Part shown: one piece after another, positions 29,527 to 38,931 of the stretch | How positions within the stretch are numbered: position 1 is the first letter of the stretch | Layout: each line of letters starts with the position of its first letter | NCBI GenBank assembly: GCA_038883855.1 | Contig: JAVZLH010000002.1 | Span: forward strand, 32,001 to 96,000 | Length of the DNA: 64,000 nt | Reading direction: 5' to 3' | Origin: Candidatus Bathyarchaeia archaeon | Lineage (GTDB): Archaea; Thermoproteota; Bathyarchaeia; Bathyarchaeales; Bathycorpusculaceae | Translations under genes and position numbers: made by a program | The notes under the pieces: model-generated | Seen by the model: the letters and a program-made list of their open reading frames with translations, nothing else | Told to the model about the DNA's origin: nothing | Databases searched by the model: none

Positions 29527-31022
29527 AGCCAGAATTTATTGTCGAGCGAGACGACCAGAAGTGTATACGATGTAAGGTTTGCATAAACCAGTGTACCTAC
29601 GATGTACACTATTATGATCCCGAAGACGACGTTATCAAAAGCCTTAACGAAAATTGTGTAAACTGCCATCGTTGTGTGGTGTTCTGCCCCACGAAAGCGA
29701 TAACGATAAAGAGGAACCCGACGCGGTACACTGAGAACTGGCATTGGACCCAAGAAGTCATAACAGCAATTAAGAAACAGGCTGAAAGTGGTGGAGTAAT
29801 CTTAACAGGTATGGGATGTGACAAGCCCCATTACACTTACTGGGATAAAATTCTTCTCAATGCCAGCCAAGTGACTAATCCATCAATAGACCCGCTAAGA
29901 GAACCGATGGAGCTTAGAACATTTTTAGGCTCAAAACCTGATAAGCTTGAACTTGAATTGGAAAGCGGTGATTTAGTATTAAAAACGAAGTTGTCGCCCC
30001 AACTGTGCGTTGAAACTCCGATTCTCTTTGCAGGAATGTCCTATGGAGCTGTAAGTTTCAACGTTCACCTAGCATTGGCTCGAGCCGCTGCGCAATTCGG
30101 CACTTTAATGAATACTGGCGAAGGTGGTTTAGACAAGCGACTATACAAATATGGAGACCACGTAATTGTTCAGGTGGCTTCAGGACGCTTCGGTGTCAGC
30201 CCAGACTATTTAAATGTGGGTGCAGCAATAGAAATTAAAATTGGGCAAGGAGCCAAGCCAGGAATAGGCGGCCATCTTCCGGGAGAGAAAGTCACAGAAG
30301 ACATATCCAAAACACGCATGATTCCGGTCGGAACGGATGCTTTATCGCCAGCACCCCAACATGATATATACTCAATTGAAGATTTGCGTCAACTAATCTA
30401 TGCCTTGAAAGAGGCTACAGATTATACCAAGCCTGTTGGCGTCAAGATAGCCGCTGTACATAACTCTGCCGCCATCGCAAGTGGCATGGTTCGAGCCGGA
30501 GCCGACATAATCGTTCTTGATGGAGTTAGAGGTTCAACCGGCGCGGCACCTAAACTCATTCGGGATAATGTCGGCATCCCCATAGAGTTGGCTTTAGCTT
30601 CGGTGGATCAACGCTTAAGGGAGGAAGGCATTCGCAACAAGGCATCCATAATAGTGTCAGGGGGCATAAGAAGCAGCGCCGACGTTGTAAAGGCAATTGC
30701 CTTAGGAGCAGATGCTGTGTACATTGGCACAGCTGCCTTGGTAGCTATTGGCTGTACTTTGTGCCAGAAATGTTACACAGGGAAATGTCCATGGGGCATA
30801 GCAACTACGGATCCATGGATTTCTAAGCGTGTTAATCCAGACATCGCTACAAGGAGACTTGTTAACCTTCTGCAATCGTGGAGTCTCGAGATCAAAGAAA
30901 TGATGGGCGGCATGGGCATAAACTCCATTGAAAGCCTCCGCGGCAACCGTTCACAACTTCGTGGCGTGGGATTAACAGACATCGAACTTAAGATTCTAGG
31001 AATAAAAATGGCTGGTGAATGA
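29511..31022 (+). CDS. Glutamate synthase FMN subunit (GltB2) with N-terminal 2x[4Fe-4S]; apparent ATC start
   Basis: Frame extends upstream of GTG 29676 as IKSYIEPEF..CIRCKVCINQC..CVNCHRCVVFCP; MSYG, NTGEGG, QVASGRFGV, KIGQGAKPGIGGHLPG, CTLCQKCYTGKCP. Confidence 0.9.
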   Translation: MKSYIEPEFIVERDDQKCIRCKVCINQCTYDVHYYDPEDDVIKSLNENCVNCHRCVVFCPTKAITIKRNPTRYTENWHWTQEVITAIKKQAESGGVILTGMGCDKPHYTYWDKILLNASQVTNPSIDPLREPMELRTFLGSKPDKLELELESGDLVLKTKLSPQLCVETPILFAGMSYGAVSFNVHLALARAAAQFGTLMNTGEGGLDKRLYKYGDHVIVQVASGRFGVSPDYLNVGAAIEIKIGQGAKPGIGGHLPGEKVTEDISKTRMIPVGTDALSPAPQHDIYSIEDLRQLIYALKEATDYTKPVGVKIAAVHNSAAIASGMVRAGADIIVLDGVRGSTGAAPKLIRDNVGIPIELALASVDQRLREEGIRNKASIIVSGGIRSSADVVKAIALGADAVYIGTAALVAIGCTLCQKCYTGKCPWGIATTDPWISKRVNPDIATRRLVNLLQSWSLEIKEMMGGMGINSIESLRGNRSQLRGVGLTDIELKILGIKMAGE

Positions 31023-31025
31023 AAA

Positions 31026-31799
31026 ATGAAACCCGCTAAACGTTCAGGGCAAGACTCCATCAGGGATGATGTTGCAATCATAAACGCTGAAGGTATGCAT
31101 TACCAAGACTTGCACTTTCTAATAAAATCCCACAGTAACTCTTCTAGGAGGATAGACATCTACAACGTTAACGGACAAAGATACATAGGCACCAGCCTCA
31201 AAAATAACGTTGAACTTCACCTGTACGGAACACCCGGCAACGACCTCGCAGCCTTTATGGACGGTCCCACAATTTACGTCCATGGCAACGCACAGGATGG
31301 CGTTGGAAACACCATGAGCAATGGAAAAGTTGTTGTTTATGGACGCGCAGGAGACATAGTCGGGTATTCCATGCGAGGTGGCAAAATCTTCATTCGTGAT
31401 GACGCAGGATACAGGGTTGGCATACACATGAAAGAGTATGGCAACCAAAAACCCATCCTCGTAGTCGGGGGCACTGCTCAAGACTTTTTAGGAGAGTATA
31501 TGGCTGGAGGAATCTTAGTCATTTTAGGACTAACATTGAAAGATGGAGAAACTCACAAAGCTAAATTTGTAGGCACCGGGATGCATGGCGGCGTAATGTA
31601 TATCAGAGGTCAACCGGCACATACAGGAAAAGAGGTAAAGATCACAGAGCTTGAAAAAGATGACGAGGCCGTGCTTAGACCCATCATTGAGGAGTTTTGC
31701 AACTACTTCAACTTCGACGTTGACACCATACCCCTAAGAGAATTTAAAAAACTGATTCCGCTTTCAACTAGACCATACGGAAAACTTTACGCCTACTAA
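31026..31799 (+). CDS. Glutamate synthase GXGXG subunit (GltB3)
   Basis: GQRYIG, GTPGNDL, repeated G..M.GG beta-helix units, GTGMHGG. Confidence 0.92.
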   Translation: MKPAKRSGQDSIRDDVAIINAEGMHYQDLHFLIKSHSNSSRRIDIYNVNGQRYIGTSLKNNVELHLYGTPGNDLAAFMDGPTIYVHGNAQDGVGNTMSNGKVVVYGRAGDIVGYSMRGGKIFIRDDAGYRVGIHMKEYGNQKPILVVGGTAQDFLGEYMAGGILVILGLTLKDGETHKAKFVGTGMHGGVMYIRGQPAHTGKEVKITELEKDDEAVLRPIIEEFCNYFNFDVDTIPLREFKKLIPLSTRPYGKLYAY

Positions 31800-31957
31800 A
31801 CACCGCAGGCCGCGCCGTATTGTTCTCTGGGCTGCTTCAAGCTTCTCATAACCAGCCTTCTCCTTAACCTCCCGTGCATGGTGACAGCCAAAGTTTCAAC
31901 GTTTGCAAAGCCTGTGTCCCTAAGCTTTTTGGCTACTGATTTGCCAGCTATATTCAT
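31800..31957 (-). pseudogene. Helix-hairpin-helix (RadA N-terminus-like) fragment
   Basis: GKSVAKKLRDTGFANVETLAV resembles G..TA.KL..AG..TVE.LAV; no continuation. Confidence 0.4.
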
Positions 31958-32125
31958 AGCCTGTAAACTTGCTCCAATAGTGGAGAAAAGCCAAAAAGCC
32001 ATTGAAAGCCTAACAGCGGAGCTATAGGCATGCTGGCTGAAAAACCGCAATTTAACCGTGCATCAGCCAAATAGCCTAGAATTTTTTTTCCACAAGTTTT
32101 AATAGAGCACACACTAAAACCACAA

Positions 32126-32995
32126 GTGGCGGTAAACATGAAAACCAATAAAATTAGTATAGCCGCTGTACTCGCTTTTCTCTCAATTCTAATCTTTGCC
32201 TCGCTGTTCAGCACAGCTCAAGCAATAACGGGCAACTACACACACGACAGAGGTGAACATCCCTACGTCTGCCTTGTAGCACTCTATAACGAAAACGGCG
32301 AATGGCTCTGGCGTGGCTCAGGAGCCCTAATTTCCCCAACAGTTGTGCTCACCGCAGGTCACGTAACAGATGGTGCAGTAAAAGCAACCATATGGCTTGA
32401 CGAGAAAATCGCCTACGACCCACAAAACCCCGACCCGGAAGGCTACCCAAACTACGGCAAAGGCAACGCCACTGGAACGCCCTACACGCATCCACTCTTC
32501 GGATATTATGTTGACAATAATGGGCTTGTCGGCTTCATAACACACGATGTAGGCATAGTTGTTCTCGACAAACCTATTGAATTAGAAATATACGGTCAAC
32601 TTCCAAGCCAAGGTCTGGTTGACACTTTGAAAGTTGGCACCACAGTCACCTTCGTCGGCTACGGAGTACAGTACCAGGTAACCCCGAAAATCGGAGGTCC
32701 GTACTACGCTTGGAGAGGAGAACGGGCACGTTTCTACGCTACTGCAAAACTGCTCTCTAGCAATTATGCCATAAGTAGCACATTCATAAAATGCAGCTCT
32801 AACGCGGCGCAAGGCAAAGGCGGTACAGCTTTTGGCGACTCAGGCGGTCCAGTACTACTCGAAGACACAAATATAATACTTGCGGTAACCTCGTTTGGAG
32901 CAAACGCCAACTGCGCAGGCGTAGGCTACTACGCCAGAATAGACACGCCCGACGTACTAAACTGGATAAGCAATTTCTTAGATCACTCTTCATAA
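32126..32995 (+). CDS. Secreted trypsin-like (S1) serine protease
   Basis: Signal peptide; catalytic triad LTAGH, HDVG, GDSGGP. Confidence 0.92.
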   Translation: MAVNMKTNKISIAAVLAFLSILIFASLFSTAQAITGNYTHDRGEHPYVCLVALYNENGEWLWRGSGALISPTVVLTAGHVTDGAVKATIWLDEKIAYDPQNPDPEGYPNYGKGNATGTPYTHPLFGYYVDNNGLVGFITHDVGIVVLDKPIELEIYGQLPSQGLVDTLKVGTTVTFVGYGVQYQVTPKIGGPYYAWRGERARFYATAKLLSSNYAISSTFIKCSSNAAQGKGGTAFGDSGGPVLLEDTNIILAVTSFGANANCAGVGYYARIDTPDVLNWISNFLDHSS

Positions 32996-33253
32996 ATCTT
33001 CCTCTTTTTTAAAATTCGCGGCATCTATAACTCTACAAATCTTTTAAACAAAACATAATTAAATAATCAGCTCTTAAAGAGCCAATTACATTGACCCATT
33101 TTCGCCGATTTATTTACCTGTTCTTGATGGAAAAGTTTTTATTTTATTAATTAACATTATTTTGCGGTTTGGTAGTGATGCATCGCCAATCCTATTAAAA
33201 AGCGCTTCGGGCTTTATGTTTTCCTTAGTGTATAATATCATGGCTTTTGTGAG

Positions 33254-34894
33254 GTGTTTGCTGTGTTCTTGGTAGTCTTGGACCTTGAAGGTGTGCTTGT
33301 AAAAGGCGAATACCTTGTGGAATTAGCTAAGATTGTCGGTAAACGCGATGTTGTAGAGCAGCTTACCAGGGATAGCCTTGAGGGGCACATTGAATGGGAG
33401 GAGGCTTTATATCGGAGAATTGAGCTACTCAAAGGGGTTGAATATGGAAAATGTCTGGAAGTAGCTAGGGCTCTAGAGCTTTTTCCAGGTGCACGCGAGT
33501 TTGTTGATGATCTAAAAAGGTTTGGAGGCGTCTTGGTGGGAGTTATAACGGGCTGCTTTGATATAGTTGTAAGTAGGGTGAAGGAAGAACTTGGACTTGA
33601 CTTTGCTGTAGCTAATAAACTAGTTTTTGAGGATGGCAAACTTGCTGGTGTTAAGATCGTCGTCAATGCTGATAAAGATATACACATGGAATGCTTGGCT
33701 AAACGGTACGGTATTAAAATGGAGGATGTGATTGCTATGGGCGATGGTGCCAACGATGCAAGAATGATTAGCAAGGCTGGGCTTGGAATAGCTTTCAATC
33801 CAGCACCGATCCTTACAAAATGTGCAAAGGTGACGTTAAACGCCGAAAGGCTTGACGAAGCTTTACCCGTAATCAAGGAGTTTATTTTCAGAAAACAAGC
33901 AATAAAAGATGTAGGTGAAGAAAAGCCAAAACCGAAGGTCCTTATATGCGATCCGATAGATGAGGAAGGTGTACAGCTACTCCAAAGGTTCGGATTTGAA
34001 ATTGTAAACAAGTCTGACATCACATGTAAGGATCTTAAAAAAGAAGTTGAGGATTGCGATGTTTTAATCGTTCGAAGCAGAACAAAAGTGACGAAGGAAA
34101 TTATAGATGCTGGTAAAAATCTTAAGGTAATAGCTCGGGCCGGGGCCGGTGTAGATAACGTCGATGTGGCATACGCTGAGGAAAAAGGAATAAAAGTTAT
34201 TTGCGCATCAGACGCTGTAGCTAACTCTGTGGCAGAGCTAACAATAGGCCTCATATTGTCCCTCGCTAGGCAGATACCTCGTGCAGATCACGAAATTAAG
34301 CGTGGAAACTGGATAAAAAATGAGGTTGAGGGCTGGGAGCTGCGCGGAAAAACCCTTGGCATAGTAGGATTTGGGCGGGTAGGCCAAAGGGTGGCGCAGC
34401 TTGCTAAAGCCTTCGGAATGAAAATTCTTATATACGACTTGAATCGGCCATGTGAAGATAGCATTAAAGAGCTTGATGCCCAACTTGTATCTTTGAAGGA
34501 GCTTCTCAGCATGAGCGACGTGATAACTCTACATGTTCCACTGACAGACCAGACGTATCACATGATAGGCAAGGCTGAAATAGAAAAGATGAAAGCTGGC
34601 GTTTACCTCGTAAACACATCTAGGGGGTCGGTTGTTGATGAAGAGGCTCTTTTTGAAGCCTTAAAGACTGGAAAAATAGCAGGGGCAGCATTAGACGTAT
34701 ATGAAAAAGAACCGCCAGACGCGTGTTTATTTACTAAACTACAAAATGTGGTATGCACCCCACACATAGGCGCCCAAACTGTGGAGGCGCAAAAAAGCGC
34801 GTCAATCAACATTGCGACGAAAATAATTCAATTGTTTAAACATAGCCGTGAGGGTACATGTGAAAAGCCATGTCATGAATGTGCCAAACTCTAA
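33254..34894 (+). CDS. Fused phosphoserine phosphatase (HAD) and D-3-phosphoglycerate dehydrogenase
   Basis: N-part DLEGVL, ITG, K, GDGAND; C-part RAGAGVDNVD, GFGRVG, LHVP, NTSRG, ALDVY..EP, TPHIGAQT. Confidence 0.88.
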   Translation: MFAVFLVVLDLEGVLVKGEYLVELAKIVGKRDVVEQLTRDSLEGHIEWEEALYRRIELLKGVEYGKCLEVARALELFPGAREFVDDLKRFGGVLVGVITGCFDIVVSRVKEELGLDFAVANKLVFEDGKLAGVKIVVNADKDIHMECLAKRYGIKMEDVIAMGDGANDARMISKAGLGIAFNPAPILTKCAKVTLNAERLDEALPVIKEFIFRKQAIKDVGEEKPKPKVLICDPIDEEGVQLLQRFGFEIVNKSDITCKDLKKEVEDCDVLIVRSRTKVTKEIIDAGKNLKVIARAGAGVDNVDVAYAEEKGIKVICASDAVANSVAELTIGLILSLARQIPRADHEIKRGNWIKNEVEGWELRGKTLGIVGFGRVGQRVAQLAKAFGMKILIYDLNRPCEDSIKELDAQLVSLKELLSMSDVITLHVPLTDQTYHMIGKAEIEKMKAGVYLVNTSRGSVVDEEALFEALKTGKIAGAALDVYEKEPPDACLFTKLQNVVCTPHIGAQTVEAQKSASINIATKIIQLFKHSREGTCEKPCHECAKL

Positions 34895-34933
34895 ATTTAT
34901 GATATTCTTAGGTAACAAGATTTTCATATATGT

Positions 34934-36112
34934 TTAAATTTTCTGATGGTCAAACGCCTTGATTGCAGCTTCAAGCCCAGCTTCAATGTTTACATGGCAT
35001 CCAACGTCCTTTAAAGCATTCCCAAACGCACTTAATGTTATAACTACTTCTGCCAGTGTTACTTTTCCCATATTTCCGATTCTGAAGATTTTGCCTTTCA
35101 ACTTGTCCATTCCACCGCCTATAACTACTTTGTATTTGTCTTGCATTATACGGCGTATGAGGCTTTCGTCAACCTTTTCTGGGGTGTTAACTGCTATCAC
35201 GGTGTTAGAACGTGTTTCCTTCTCTTTCGGGTAAATGGTAATTCCATAGGATTCCATTGCGCTGTAAAAGGCCTCTGCGCATCTTTTATGTCTTTCAATG
35301 CTTCTTTCCAGCCCCTCTTCCCTCATCATTTTTAGTGCTTCATTTAACGCGTAAAACAGTGGAATTGCAGGAGTGAATGGTGTTTCCTTCTTGGCCGAGT
35401 ACTCCCTCATCAACGTTAAATCGAAATAAAATGGTTTGTCCTCGGTTTTCTCTATTTTCTCCCAAGCGCTCTGTTTTACGGAGATCACGGAAAGCCCAGG
35501 GGGACATGCTAGGCATTTTTGGCTTCCAGCCATGCAGACGTCTATTCCCCACTCATCGACTGGTAGTTTGTCCCCGCCAAGGGCAGAAACCGCGTCTACA
35601 GCAATAAGCATGTTTTTCTCTTTGGCTATCTTTGCAATCTCTGGGAGTTCGCGGACCACAACCCCAGTTGAAGTTTCATTATATACTATGAAGACTGCCT
35701 TGGCATCTGCTTCTCTTTCAGTCACCTCTTTAATATGGTGGGATTTTGGGGCTGTTCCCAAGGGTAAGTTGACCTCTACTGGAATTCCTCCTCGACGTCT
35801 AACAGCCTCTGCTAGTCGTTTGCTGAAAACTCCAAAAACTGGAACAATAACTTTCTCCCCGCGATTAACTAGGTTGCTTACAACGCATTCAACACCACCT
35901 GTTCCAGATGAAGACAGCACAAAAACATCGTTCTCCGTCTGAAACACGTACTTTAAATTATCTTCAATTTCAGAGTAAATCCTGTGAAACTCTGCTCCTC
36001 TATGGTTTATCATCGGCTGAATCATCGCATATAAAACGCGTTCGGGAACGTTTGTTGGTCCTGGAAGCATTATCAACTCCTTGTTAGTCATTTTCTTTAC
36101 CTCTGAGATCAT
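34934..36112 (-). CDS. Class V PLP aminotransferase (serine/alanine-glyoxylate type; probable phosphoserine aminotransferase)
   Basis: PGPT, INHRG, NETSTG, VDAVS, GSQKCLACPPG, PFTP, FRIGNMG. Confidence 0.9.
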   Translation of the reverse strand: MISEVKKMTNKELIMLPGPTNVPERVLYAMIQPMINHRGAEFHRIYSEIEDNLKYVFQTENDVFVLSSSGTGGVECVVSNLVNRGEKVIVPVFGVFSKRLAEAVRRRGGIPVEVNLPLGTAPKSHHIKEVTEREADAKAVFIVYNETSTGVVVRELPEIAKIAKEKNMLIAVDAVSALGGDKLPVDEWGIDVCMAGSQKCLACPPGLSVISVKQSAWEKIEKTEDKPFYFDLTLMREYSAKKETPFTPAIPLFYALNEALKMMREEGLERSIERHKRCAEAFYSAMESYGITIYPKEKETRSNTVIAVNTPEKVDESLIRRIMQDKYKVVIGGGMDKLKGKIFRIGNMGKVTLAEVVITLSAFGNALKDVGCHVNIEAGLEAAIKAFDHQKI

Positions 36113-36464
36113 AAATAAGCTTCAAAGTTTATAATTAAGCCTATTGGTACTAAACTAACAGCGATGCGAAAAACTGTTCAAAGTTTTTTGTGTTTATACA
36201 TCTCAATATTTGCCAACAATCCATCTATCGAATTTAACATAGACCATTTACCGAAATGATTAGAGGAAGGGGCATGTTTGCGATCCGGGCATGAGGACGT
36301 TTGGGATAGTTATAATCGGCTGGGTTGAAAATTTTCACCGAACTTGTTGAAGCATGCCCTGCTCATGAAAATACCGTGATTTAGAGTGTATAACCATAAT
36401 TAAAAGCGAAGGCTTAAAGTCTCCCAGCTGCTAAGGAAATGTATTTGCAGCTTAAAAGTTTGTG

Positions 36465-37229
36465 TTAACTGATGTCTCCGAGTAATTCTATGATCTTTCT
36501 TGGGCTGAATATGGTGAAGGTTGCGTTAGGAAGTTTTCTTCCGACTTTCGCAATTAGTCCAGCAGCGTCTGTTCCAAACTTACATGTAAGTGCATTTTCA
36601 AAAAATCCTAGGTTTTCAACGGCTATCACATCTCTTTTTAGCCCAGCTTCTTTCAAGGCTAGTTTAATTTCGTTTTCAGATGAGCCAATAACAATTAACC
36701 TGTCTAACAGAGACCTTGTCCAAACTTTGTATTTGCTAAGTTGTTCTTCAGAAAGCGCGGTCTCAATGTATTTTTCGTTTTTGTCTAAAACTTTAACATT
36801 TAATGGAAGGTTTTCGCAGAAGCCGAAGAGCTCTATGAGTTTTTTGAGGGCGATTTTTCTTCCATCGGCAAGTTGAGCTTGCAAACGCTGCAGTGTGATT
36901 ATAGCGTCAACGTCGGTGGGTAAATGAATTCCCACATCAACGTAGATTTCACTTTTGCTTTTGCCCAGAGCAGTTATTCGCCCCTTCAATGTGGAAAACT
37001 TTTTTACGCCGTCAAGGTTTTCTGGGCATACTCCGATTTCAGTCTCTAAATATTGTAGCGCCACGTTTTCATCTTCGCCAGAAATCGCCACTTTAACATG
37101 CTCTCTGGGTGTGACGTCAACAATCTCCACGCTAGCATTTAAGCCTTTCAACATGTTTTTCAAAAATTTGCTAACGATCTTTGTTTGAGAATTGTTGTAG
37201 ATTTTTGTTGAAAGGGTTACTTTGAGCAT
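36465..37229 (-). CDS. DUF2110-like conserved archaeal protein
   Basis: Position downstream of tfe/HD; GEDE..A..YL..EIG, CKFGTDAAGLI..VG. Confidence 0.75.
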   Translation of the reverse strand: MLKVTLSTKIYNNSQTKIVSKFLKNMLKGLNASVEIVDVTPREHVKVAISGEDENVALQYLETEIGVCPENLDGVKKFSTLKGRITALGKSKSEIYVDVGIHLPTDVDAIITLQRLQAQLADGRKIALKKLIELFGFCENLPLNVKVLDKNEKYIETALSEEQLSKYKVWTRSLLDRLIVIGSSENEIKLALKEAGLKRDVIAVENLGFFENALTCKFGTDAAGLIAKVGRKLPNATFTIFSPRKIIELLGDIS

Positions 37230-37759
37230 TGGCAGTCTCCGATCAAAGCGGACATTTCCTCATGTAACTTTCGCACTCTCACCACCACTGATGGCGGCAA
37301 TTCTCTAGAAAAATTTTCTATTGTTCGCTCTATTGGCACCCGATGTGAACCTTCAATAAGCTTGTCTGCATATGAAACAATTTTTTCCTCAAGTGTTTTT
37401 GGAATGTAAATGTCTTTTGGCCATCCGAGTTTTTTCGCTTCTTTAGATGTTATCCCGCCGCCTACATGAGTTTTAATTATTGAAACTAGCGGTTCTGGCA
37501 AGCCTAGGGACTCCGCTATTTCGGCTCCAATAATTGCGTGGTGAACAGTATGGGTTTTTGAGCGTCCGATGTCATGTAAAAGCGCGCCTATTTCAACAAG
37601 TTTCAAATCGACATTTAATCCTCTTTCTTTGCAAGCCTTCGCGATCTCCAAGGCAAGCTTTGCCACTGCTTGACAGTGTCTTATCACATTTTCTGAGCAG
37701 CCGACTTGACGCAGAAACTGTATCGCTTGTTCTCTTGAAGGAAGTTTTTCACTCACCAA
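37217..37759 (-). CDS. HD-domain phosphohydrolase
   Basis: HC..V, LLHDIGR, H.GGG, EEKIVSYADKL. Confidence 0.9.
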   Translation of the reverse strand: MVSEKLPSREQAIQFLRQVGCSENVIRHCQAVAKLALEIAKACKERGLNVDLKLVEIGALLHDIGRSKTHTVHHAIIGAEIAESLGLPEPLVSIIKTHVGGGITSKEAKKLGWPKDIYIPKTLEEKIVSYADKLIEGSHRVPIERTIENFSRELPPSVVVRVRKLHEEMSALIGDCQCSK

Positions 37760-38267
37760 GCTCCTTCCTCAATTGTTCCACTTTCTTCGTCAGAACATTG
37801 ATTATTTTCTCATTTTCATAATGCATCAGCGGCTTACCGCATGTTGGGCATTTAAACAAGAGTTCCACGGCTTCTTCGAATGGTACGCGTTTGCATCCCG
37901 GCGTATAACAGTAGTAAAAATCATGGTTTTTCTCGTATTCCAGTCTGATGTTAAGTTTTTCAAGCACCCTACGTTTTTGACTTAATATAAAGCCTTCGAA
38001 CTGGTCCGGTTGCAGTTTCCAGTGGAAAACAAACCAGCCTGTTTTTGGGTCGCGGGTTCTTCTGAGGCTTACAAGGGAGTGGTCATAAAGCCTGTATAGT
38101 ATTTTTCTAATAGAATTTAGCCTTATGCCAGTTTTGTTTGCTATTTCATCATCCGTTATTTCATCTGAGTTTTTGAGTATCTCAATTAGTTTAACGGCTT
38201 CTTCATCGCCGAGAGCTGCTGCAACTTTCGTTAAAGTTGCATCGTCAACTGTTGATAACATATTCAT
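37749..38267 (-). CDS. tfe: Transcription factor E alpha
   Basis: ITDDEIA..TGI.LN.IRKILY.LY wHTH; C..C..FKCPTCG Zn ribbon. Confidence 0.95.
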   Translation of the reverse strand: MNMLSTVDDATLTKVAAALGDEEAVKLIEILKNSDEITDDEIANKTGIRLNSIRKILYRLYDHSLVSLRRTRDPKTGWFVFHWKLQPDQFEGFILSQKRRVLEKLNIRLEYEKNHDFYYCYTPGCKRVPFEEAVELLFKCPTCGKPLMHYENEKIINVLTKKVEQLRKELGE

Positions 38268-38361
38268 CCTTTTGCCCTTGAAACTATTAAGCAGCGTTCT
38301 CCTCTATTATATTAATAGTTCAGCTTTAATTTAAATCTCTTTATGAAGTCTGAGTCGGAAA

Positions 38362-38904
38362 TTAACATTTAACTATTTTCTTTCCCCTCTTCTGAGGAAT
38401 AATCTTAACTCGCGCAGACTCGAAATCTTTTGTTAGCTCTTTTCCCTCAAATAGGCGGTCTAAGAAAACGGCTAGGCTTGAGCATTCTGAATGCGGTTGG
38501 TTTCCAATTGCCACGTTAAAATCGGAAACATTTTCTTCGAAGAATTCTCTTGGAACTTTCTGGCTTCCAACAATAACTAAAATGTCCTTGTCAAGCGCCT
38601 TGATCCTCTGTAAAACGTCGCTTGTTTGGATGTTTTCTCCGTAGGCTGTTAGATGAACTACTATTCCACCGTTGGCTTTCCATTCCTTGACAACTTTTTT
38701 CCATGGAACACCCATTTCAAAAAGGAATGGTCCACCCCAATTTTTAACTACTTTTTCAACTGTCGCCTTTATTTTTTCATCTTTTATGTCTGAAAGTATG
38801 AAGCCTGAAGCCCCGAGCGCTCTGGCTGTTAGGGCAACATGTGTTGTTAGTCTCGCATCCCTTTTTGGTCTGTGTCCCCACCTTAAAATGACTACCTTTT
38901 GCAT
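38362..38904 (-). CDS. trm56: tRNA (cytidine56-2'-O)-methyltransferase
   Basis: [40 protein letters not shown]. Confidence 0.95.
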   Translation of the reverse strand: MQKVVILRWGHRPKRDARLTTHVALTARALGASGFILSDIKDEKIKATVEKVVKNWGGPFLFEMGVPWKKVVKEWKANGGIVVHLTAYGENIQTSDVLQRIKALDKDILVIVGSQKVPREFFEENVSDFNVAIGNQPHSECSSLAVFLDRLFEGKELTKDFESARVKIIPQKRGKKIVKC

Positions 38905-38931
38905 TTTTGTCCATCCTTAGAAATATACCTA

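Noticed and set aside
33238-34254. 338-aa antisense ORF, and similar ones at 15529-16032, 35436-35942, 39278-39748 and 40177-40728
   Set aside because: Shadows of well-supported genes on the opposite strand, with Ser/Phe-rich composition and no motifs.
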